64,000 nucleotides of DNA, from NCBI GenBank assembly GCA_000002435.2, contig CM018790.1; one strand, written 5' to 3'. The notes under the pieces are model-generated. The model was not told the DNA's origin. It saw nothing but the letters and a program-made list of their open reading frames with translations, and searched no databases. Source of the DNA: Giardia intestinalis (lineage: Eukaryota). This document shows, in pieces, positions 30,701 through 38,211 of the stretch (position 1 is the stretch's first letter; every line of letters begins with the position of its first letter). A program made the translations under genes and the position numbers.

Positions 30701-31961
30701 CCAGCGATAGGATCCCGTCGTTAGGATCTGCCTTGAGAATGTTCTCGTAGTCAATCAGTGTCTTTATTTGGGCAATCATGGCGTTGCAGAGGCTGCGGAA
30801 TAGAAAAACAAACCTTGCCTGCTCTTTATAGAACGGAGCATGCATCCAGACAAGCTCGAGAGCCTTGAAGATCCCCTGCAGATAGCCCACCGTTTCTACG
30901 GGGTCCATTTGCTCACTGAGTGCGCCAAAAAGAGGCTTAAGAGGAAGAAGGAAGCTTGCATTACAGGAAACCTCCGCCAACTGGGCAATTACATCGCGTT
31001 CGATTTGTGTGAGGGCCGTAAAGTAAGAGGACTCGGTCATGCGGAGTATGTTGAGCGCCTTCATGGCCCGAGGACCTTGGAGCTGCTCCAGGATGGCACG
31101 AAGATTCTCAGCTTTCTGGTTCCAAAAGTCTACTTCCACGTTGGGAAGGTGATGCTGACTCTTTGCTGTTAGTATATCGTCAGGGGAAGACGACAGAACA
31201 GTGCGGATTTGCCGCACCCAATCCAGAATCATAGACTCAAGATCGTGAAGCTTGTCCTTCTGGTCCTTGGATAGCCGCGAAAAGATGGCCACCGCGTCGT
31301 GCTTTACAATTTTCTTCGGCTCCTCTACAACATCGAGCTCATGCACGCGCTGCTGAAGGGCCAAGGAAATGCCATGAGATGCAGCAGTCTGGAGGGGCGC
31401 CGTCTCGGCCTTACAGAGGAACTCGTAAATCATATCTATGTCGGAGCTCATGGGAAGGAGGCACTTCCCCTGGGTTTTTCCCTCCATGGTGCAGGTCTTT
31501 TGCGCAAAGCGATCAGAGTGACGCATAACGTCGGTGACGAGGACAGACGGCCAATTCTTTGTGTAGCTCGGTGCCTTAAGCAGAGGAAGGTATATATAGT
31601 CAAAAGATGTTCGCAGATGGGAAATAATGTTTGGAGTTAGGTCTCCGTAGAAGACAAATTCTCCTATATTGGTTTTGTCGATGCGCGTGGCAGCTGCCGA
31701 GCGCATGAAGTAAATCGCTTTCTTCTTGAAGGATCGAGGAGCCAGGTGAGTAATGCAAAGGTCATCGCGAGAATTGGCGTAAAAGAAGATCCGGGGGAAA
31801 TCATCTGTTTCGAAGAAGGCCAAGGCAATCTGTATTGCATACTCTTCGCCCATGAGCTTCCGCCACCTATCCTCCTTGATTTTTAGCGATGCCTGGAGCC
31901 GAACCTTAAGCCAGTCAAGGCGTGGATCGGAGAAACTGTCGTCATCCTCGCGTGGTGGCAT
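24741..31961 (-). CDS. Dynein heavy chain, N-terminal portion only (tail, linker and AAA1); ORF stops immediately after AAA1
   Basis: AAA1 P-loop [15 protein letters not shown], then ...[12 protein letters not shown] (Walker B) ...[20 protein letters not shown]...[12 protein letters not shown]. Starts on ATG at 31959-31961. TGA at 24741, with TGTAAAC 10 nt downstream. No AAA2-6, stalk or C-terminal domain anywhere in the window. Confidence 0.85.
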   Translation of the reverse strand: [2406 protein letters not shown]

Positions 31962-32030
31962 CGGGGCTTTTTTAATTTTTTAGTTTTTGAATTCACAGCA
32001 AACTACGCCAGAAGTAAGTTGCCTGTTGGC
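31962..32030. promoter_or_regulatory. Short AT-rich divergent promoter region shared by the DHC fragment and the MutL homologue
   Basis: 69 bp between divergent ATGs. Contains GGCTTTTTTAATTTTTTAGTTTTTGAATTC, typical of Giardia AT-rich initiator regions. Confidence 0.5.
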
Positions 32031-35000
32031 ATGAGCCTCCAGCACGCCAGCGGTTCTCCCTCGGGTGATATCAGACAACACATTAAAAGACTGTCGCCCC
32101 TGGATATAATCAGACTCAACTCTCTGGATTGTGCCAACAGCCCAGCTGACGTAGTCAAGGAGCTTATTGAAAACTCTTTGGATGCTGGGGCCACGGTTGT
32201 CAAGGTCTTCTACTCCTACTATGGATACAGAGAAATCGCGGTTTATGACAACGGATTGGGGATTTCTGGCTATGACGATAGCTTCGAGGTCATTGCCAAC
32301 AGTAATTGCACGAGCAAGATCCGCATCTACGACGAGATCTTCTCTGTGCGGACGTACGGATTCCGAGGCAACGCCCTAATGTGGATCAGTTTAAAGGGAG
32401 AGCTTCAGATATTCAGCCGCGGGAGCGATGATGCAAAAGTCATGCGAGCCATCTATGTCAACGGTGGTCTCTTTTCTATCGTCTCTATTCGCACAGAGGA
32501 CGAGGAGTACGTCCTTCGGTCGTTTGTTGGTCATACTACCATAGACGTGTCAGGAAGATTCACCATTATGGTTGTCTCGAATTTTGGCGATAGTCGCCGT
32601 GAAACGGAGATGTCTCCTTCTACACAAAGGAGCGAGCTGGAGGATACCGTTAAGCGCTACGCCATACCCCACTATGACAAAGAGTTCCTTCTCTACGATA
32701 CAGATATGAACATTCCCATTCTTGCTTTGGAAAAGCGGCCCAGTATCTATGACAGGCTATTTGATATCCGACGAGATATATTTACCTCAGGTCACGTTGA
32801 GGGCGGGCAAGCTAGGGCTCCATCAGATACACCTACTGGGGCGCCATCTCACTTGATCACCCGATCGACCACCTTATACATTTCAGAGAAGGAAATCTTG
32901 CAAAGCCCTTTCTATGTTGCCATTAAGAACAAGCACGAGAGTCGTCGTTCTCTTTCTACATGCGCCCCTTCTATTTCTATAGAGAACCACGACACAGCTA
33001 CCTGTACTACACGGGTTTCGAGCACATGTACGGCTAGGGCCAGGGATGCCCGTAGTCCAGAGACCTTCCGGGTGGTGAATCTCGATCAACGTGAAACTCT
33101 GAAAAGGACGTCATCTGCTCCAGCTTCCCTTGGATCACCGGTCATGTCTACTCTTCCTCCAGTTCCTGATACTCTTTGGTACACAGACGCGGTCACAAAG
33201 GGGGACAACTCGGCCCAGATTCGACTTGTTCCACAACTAACTCCATTACTCCTAGCATCGTACTCCACTGGATCCTTACACTTATCAGAAACCTCAGCAG
33301 CCCCAGGAAAGCAGTTACATTTGAAGCACTGTCGCTTCATTAGAGAACTTAGTCACCATTGTCCATCGCACCATAGCTATGTCGCTGCACTTCAGATTTC
33401 CATCCACGCAAGCAATCCACTAATTCATCCTATAGCTAGAAAAAGTTCACAGCAAACTGCGCTCATAAATAGCCTCGTTACTGGCAAGACGATGATGAAT
33501 GCAAATTTGGCCGTGCTCCTATATTATAATAAACGGCCAGTCATTTCAAAGCGTCTTTTCGACGGAATACATGCATGCATAAACGCGTATTTCAAGGAGA
33601 TCTGCGGCCCTAGCCTACTGTTGATAATCATGGAATCGGTTCAGGGCACCTGCTTCTGCGACTTGGATAGAACCCCAGAGAAGAAGTTTATTACATTTGG
33701 AAAGTACATTGGGAAACTTATTCAGGAGAGAATCCTGAGGCTGTTGTCATCCATCTTTTCAAAGAATCTGGGTCGCAAACGGGTGCGGCTCAATGAACAC
33801 CAGCGTCTCCTGGCGAAGGCTAATATGTTTGGCGACTCATTAGACATAGGTGCCAGCGCCAACTCCCACGCCTTGCGATTATTAGGCGGACTTCATGGTG
33901 TGGCGCGGATGGATCCAGCAAAGCTTCTCGACTTTGATTACAGGCTCAGTCTCTTCTTTGAAAAGTGCACTCAGTACCTTTATGAACGGATCTTCGAGGG
34001 CGCGGCTGGGAGCGAGTACCATAGCGGGGTAACAAACCTTGACTCTCGCGCGGCAACGCGGCATATCAACAACAATGTGATCGTCAAGACAATTAAACTG
34101 TATCGTGAGGAGTTCAAAACCTTCGATCCTTATGCTCTGGTGCACCGGAACGTTTCTGAGGAGGTTATGGGCCACAACGGCCCACACTGCCAGACACTCA
34201 CTTCAAATCGCTCTCCTATGGGCGAACAAGGCAGTTGTCGAAAGAGCCACACAGTTGAAGCACGTAGTCCAAGACAGACAGGGTCACATAAGAGCGCTCA
34301 GTCCTGCAAAATCAGCAAGGTGACCACAGATATCATGAAGCGGGTTCTTGGCTGTGACTTTCACACCATCAGAAGTCTCAACAATCCAGTCAAGAAGAAT
34401 TACAAGGCCTTGTTTCTGTCTACCTATCTGCTCTATGGTTCGCAGTATGCGTTGATCAAAAGCTTCACCTTGATGCGTCCGGATCTCATCACTGGTATTT
34501 TGCAATTGGCGCCACATGTTGGCCATTCTCTCAACTATGGTTCTGGCGTTTCTCTCAGCGTCTTGGCGGCTATCTTCAACTCCATTAATAGTTCCTCTGC
34601 CCCAACTGCGGTGCGGTATTCTAAGGTGTATGCCCTGTCCAGCTGCCAGGAATCTAGTGACTGGGTTTCTGAGGCCAAATTTGTGGCCAGGAATCCGTCT
34701 AGCAGCGTCTTTGCACTCAGATCTAGACATACCAGACACTCCTTGCAGGGCAAACAAAAGAACAGCCATATTGCCCCGCCTCCGTCTTCTACTGTCAAGC
34801 TCGTCGGTAGCGCACCTGATGTCCAGCTTCCTGAGACAGTTTCCTCCCGACTAGACACGTCTTACATACCAACTATGACTGCTAGCATGGCGTCGCCCCT
34901 CCTAGAGTATTTGACGCAATTTGCCACCAAGACTGCACACCCAACATCTTACCAGGACGACTGCACCGACATCTCCGAAGTCCCGCTGCACGAACCTGCC

Positions 35001-36455
35001 GGACTCTCTACCAGCAGCGAGTCAAGCAGATCTCCCTCACTATCGACTTCTCGACGCCCCCGTCCCAAACTGAGCTCCCTCACCATTCCCAGTGACGATA
35101 CTTCAAATATGGGAAAAACTGAGGCTCAGTGCAACTCTGAATCGCAGGAGCATGATGCTTTAGAGTACTGTGAAATCTTCAATCCGATCTCAGAGGCAGA
35201 AAAATCGATTGAAAGCGTTGTCAAGCAACGTGATCTAACTCTTTCGTCAGAGGATTATCAAGAAGATAACTATTACAAACTAAAAAGGTTCACTCGAGTA
35301 TTTGACCTTGACGTAATTAGGTCACGCTTTCATCACCTTGAGAACCATGTAATCCTCGTTCTCGAAGAAGAACTGAAGGAGAAAAGGCCCATTAGCCATA
35401 TTTTAGGGCCTAGCCCCAGAGAGGCTCGGGCGGCAAAAGAAAAGCAGAAAACACTTGTTGATTCTTCCGGGAAAAGGGAGATTTTCACAGAAGCAGATAT
35501 TAAAACAATGGGGAAGCAACGATTAGATGCCATGTCAGATGCTATCTCAACCAGCGAGCCGATTTCACTAGCCCGCATAAATAGCTATATTCAGAGCCAG
35601 AAAACGTTGATTTCAAAGGCAGAGCTGAATATTGGAAATCTGATCAACATAGATGGCACTATTGTGGCATATTACAATCTTGACAATTATTGCTGCAATC
35701 TAAATGCAACCAGAGTGACAACTAAGGTATTCAAGATCATTCTTCTTAAGTACTGGTTGGGAAACGCAGTAAAAAGCCTCTACAATCCATCCGTTTCCTT
35801 TCACAAAGTTCCCTTGATGCGTGTGCCAGCGCACTACAACGTGCTCATCGAGACGTTTATCGATCTGTTTGTAGCAGTGGGTATCGGCGTCTCTGTAGCT
35901 GATAATAGAGTGGTAGCGGCGTCAACAAAAGTCACAGGCATGGCCCCTATTCCCAGCCAGATATGCATTCAATTACTAATTCACCCCCTGCTACTCGTCA
36001 GCGAATATTATCAATGCTTTAGGCTTCTATTTGAAGCAAACAAGACAGCAGTGCCGACTGAGTCTGACTTCGAGCAATTCTTATCCAAAATTCAGCTGCT
36101 TCTTTTCTACGATCATCTGGAAGCCCCGGACCCTATCAGTATTGGAAAGCACAAGGCGCTTCGGAAGAGACTAGGTGTGCTGACCTATGGACATCCGATA
36201 CGTATCGAATGCTTGAAAGATATAAATTACACTATTCCTTACTCCAACAAGACCATTAAACTGTTTATCCACTACTACTGTGAGTTCCTGGCTACCCACT
36301 TTATCCGCGTAGCGTACGAAAGTCAGTCTGCAGAGGTCATCAGAGCGTACTTCCGCCTCGTCATTGATCATCTGAGCGTGGAAGACTTGGACACGCCATA
36401 CAAGATGCCAATCTATACAGAGAACGAGGCCCCGGCGATTGACCAGACGCTGTGA
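32031..36455 (+). CDS. MutL-family (MLH/PMS-type) mismatch-repair ATPase homologue, unusually long (about 1474 aa)
   Basis: GHKL ATPase motifs. VVKELIENSLDAGAT (MutL motif I), DNGLGI (motif II), TSKI...TYGFRGNAL (motif III region). First ATG at 32031; the track starts on TTG at 32019. I could not find a C-terminal DQHA(x)2E(x)4E endonuclease motif by eye. Confidence 0.75.
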   Translation: MSLQHASGSPSGDIRQHIKRLSPLDIIRLNSLDCANSPADVVKELIENSLDAGATVVKVFYSYYGYREIAVYDNGLGISGYDDSFEVIANSNCTSKIRIYDEIFSVRTYGFRGNALMWISLKGELQIFSRGSDDAKVMRAIYVNGGLFSIVSIRTEDEEYVLRSFVGHTTIDVSGRFTIMVVSNFGDSRRETEMSPSTQRSELEDTVKRYAIPHYDKEFLLYDTDMNIPILALEKRPSIYDRLFDIRRDIFTSGHVEGGQARAPSDTPTGAPSHLITRSTTLYISEKEILQSPFYVAIKNKHESRRSLSTCAPSISIENHDTATCTTRVSSTCTARARDARSPETFRVVNLDQRETLKRTSSAPASLGSPVMSTLPPVPDTLWYTDAVTKGDNSAQIRLVPQLTPLLLASYSTGSLHLSETSAAPGKQLHLKHCRFIRELSHHCPSHHSYVAALQISIHASNPLIHPIARKSSQQTALINSLVTGKTMMNANLAVLLYYNKRPVISKRLFDGIHACINAYFKEICGPSLLLIIMESVQGTCFCDLDRTPEKKFITFGKYIGKLIQERILRLLSSIFSKNLGRKRVRLNEHQRLLAKANMFGDSLDIGASANSHALRLLGGLHGVARMDPAKLLDFDYRLSLFFEKCTQYLYERIFEGAAGSEYHSGVTNLDSRAATRHINNNVIVKTIKLYREEFKTFDPYALVHRNVSEEVMGHNGPHCQTLTSNRSPMGEQGSCRKSHTVEARSPRQTGSHKSAQSCKISKVTTDIMKRVLGCDFHTIRSLNNPVKKNYKALFLSTYLLYGSQYALIKSFTLMRPDLITGILQLAPHVGHSLNYGSGVSLSVLAAIFNSINSSSAPTAVRYSKVYALSSCQESSDWVSEAKFVARNPSSSVFALRSRHTRHSLQGKQKNSHIAPPPSSTVKLVGSAPDVQLPETVSSRLDTSYIPTMTASMASPLLEYLTQFATKTAHPTSYQDDCTDISEVPLHEPAGLSTSSESSRSPSLSTSRRPRPKLSSLTIPSDDTSNMGKTEAQCNSESQEHDALEYCEIFNPISEAEKSIESVVKQRDLTLSSEDYQEDNYYKLKRFTRVFDLDVIRSRFHHLENHVILVLEEELKEKRPISHILGPSPREARAAKEKQKTLVDSSGKREIFTEADIKTMGKQRLDAMSDAISTSEPISLARINSYIQSQKTLISKAELNIGNLINIDGTIVAYYNLDNYCCNLNATRVTTKVFKIILLKYWLGNAVKSLYNPSVSFHKVPLMRVPAHYNVLIETFIDLFVAVGIGVSVADNRVVAASTKVTGMAPIPSQICIQLLIHPLLLVSEYYQCFRLLFEANKTAVPTESDFEQFLSKIQLLLFYDHLEAPDPISIGKHKALRKRLGVLTYGHPIRIECLKDINYTIPYSNKTIKLFIHYYCEFLATHFIRVAYESQSAEVIRAYFRLVIDHLSVEDLDTPYKMPIYTENEAPAIDQTL

Positions 36456-36536
36456 CTCCTGTCTACTGCAGTTCCTAAAGTATTTTGAATTCATTTTTGA
36501 GCAAAATAATTGTAACAAAGAGAAAAAGGTATCTAC

Positions 36537-37865
36537 ATGGGCAAGGAGAAGAAGCACATCAACCTCGTCGTCATCGGGCACGTCGACAACGGGAAGTCGA
36601 CGCTGACGGGCCACCTCATCTACAAGTGCGGCGGGATCGACCAGCGCACGATCGACGAGTACGAGAAGCGCGCGACGGAGATGGGCAAGGGCTCCTTCAA
36701 GTACGCGTGGGTCCTCGACCAGCTCAAGGACGAGCGCGAGCGCGGGATCACGATCAACATCGCGCTCTGGAAGTTCGAGACGAAGAAGTACATCGTCACG
36801 ATCATCGACGCCCCGGGCCACCGCGACTTCATCAAGAACATGATCACGGGGACGTCCCAGGCCGACGTCGCGATCCTCGTCGTCGCGGCGGGCCAGGGCG
36901 AGTTCGAGGCCGGGATCTCGAAGGACGGCCAGACGCGCGAGCACGCGACCCTTGCGAACACGCTCGGGATCAAGACGATGATCATCTGCGTCAACAAGAT
37001 GGACGACGGCCAGGTCAAGTACTCGAAGGAGCGCTACGACGAGATCAAGGGCGAGATGATGAAGCAGCTCAAGAACATCGGCTGGAAGAAGGCCGAGGAG
37101 TTCGACTACATCCCGACGTCCGGCTGGACCGGGGACAACATCATGGAGAAGTCCGACAAGATGCCCTGGTACGAGGGCCCGTGCCTGATCGACGCGATCG
37201 ACGGGCTCAAGGCCCCGAAGCGCCCGACCGACAAGCCCCTCCGCCTCCCGATCCAGGACGTCTACAAGATCTCGGGCGTCGGGACCGTCCCCGCGGGCCG
37301 CGTCGAGACGGGCGAGCTCGCGCCCGGGATGAAGGTCGTCTTCGCCCCGACGTCCCAGGTCTCGGAGGTCAAGTCCGTCGAGATGCACCACGAGGAGCTC
37401 AAGAAGGCCGGGCCCGGGGACAACGTCGGCTTCAACGTCCGCGGGCTCGCCGTCAAGGACCTCAAGAAGGGCTACGTCGTCGGGGACGTGACGAACGACC
37501 CGCCCGTCGGCTGCAAGAGCTTCACCGCCCAGGTCATCGTCATGAACCACCCGAAGAAGATCCAGCCCGGCTACACGCCCGTCATCGACTGCCACACCGC
37601 GCACATCGCGTGCCAGTTCCAGCTCTTCCTCCAGAAGCTCGACAAGCGCACGCTCAAGCCCGAGATGGAGAACCCGCCCGACGCAGGCCGCGGCGATTGC
37701 ATCATCGTCAAGATGGTCCCCCAGAAGCCCCTGTGCTGCGAGACGTTCAACGACTACGCGCCCCTCGGCCGCTTCGCCGTCCGCGACATGAAGCGCACCG
37801 TCGCCGTCGGGATCATCCAGGAGATCGACAAGGAGGAGTTCAAGCCCCCCAAGGGCGGCAAGTGA
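36537..37865 (+). CDS. EF1A: Translation elongation factor 1-alpha
   Basis: [35 protein letters not shown]...[20 protein letters not shown]..., 442 aa. Extreme G/C preference at third codon positions. Stop TGA overlaps AGTAAAC. Confidence 0.97.
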   Translation: MGKEKKHINLVVIGHVDNGKSTLTGHLIYKCGGIDQRTIDEYEKRATEMGKGSFKYAWVLDQLKDERERGITINIALWKFETKKYIVTIIDAPGHRDFIKNMITGTSQADVAILVVAAGQGEFEAGISKDGQTREHATLANTLGIKTMIICVNKMDDGQVKYSKERYDEIKGEMMKQLKNIGWKKAEEFDYIPTSGWTGDNIMEKSDKMPWYEGPCLIDAIDGLKAPKRPTDKPLRLPIQDVYKISGVGTVPAGRVETGELAPGMKVVFAPTSQVSEVKSVEMHHEELKKAGPGDNVGFNVRGLAVKDLKKGYVVGDVTNDPPVGCKSFTAQVIVMNHPKKIQPGYTPVIDCHTAHIACQFQLFLQKLDKRTLKPEMENPPDAGRGDCIIVKMVPQKPLCCETFNDYAPLGRFAVRDMKRTVAVGIIQEIDKEEFKPPKGGK

Positions 37866-38211
37866 GTAAACGTCTAAGCGCAGGGCCGAGCAGTTTACTC
37901 TGTTGCGGGTTGTGGGGTGTCTACATTGGGGCTGAACGCAGATGTGTCTGTGTCTTCTGCTGGTGTGTATGGTCAGTACTGCCTGCTGGCTGCTTTAGGC
38001 TCTCTTCAGAACCAGTCTCCAGTTATCGAAGCAGAAGTATCTACGAGGCGCGCATACCTGCATTGCCCTAAAAACACCTCTCTCCTCCAATACTCGTCCT
38101 TATTCGAGGCAGGGACATCGTTATACACCGATTCTCCAGGATGCCAAGCAAAGTATCACGTGGTGAAAGCTAATAAAGGATACAGCTGTAGTTTCTAGCG
38201 CAGTTACTATT

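Noticed and set aside
36171-37604. 477-aa minus-strand ORF overlapping EF-1alpha
   Set aside because: Mirror artefact of extreme GC3 bias in EF1A. The translation is low-complexity.
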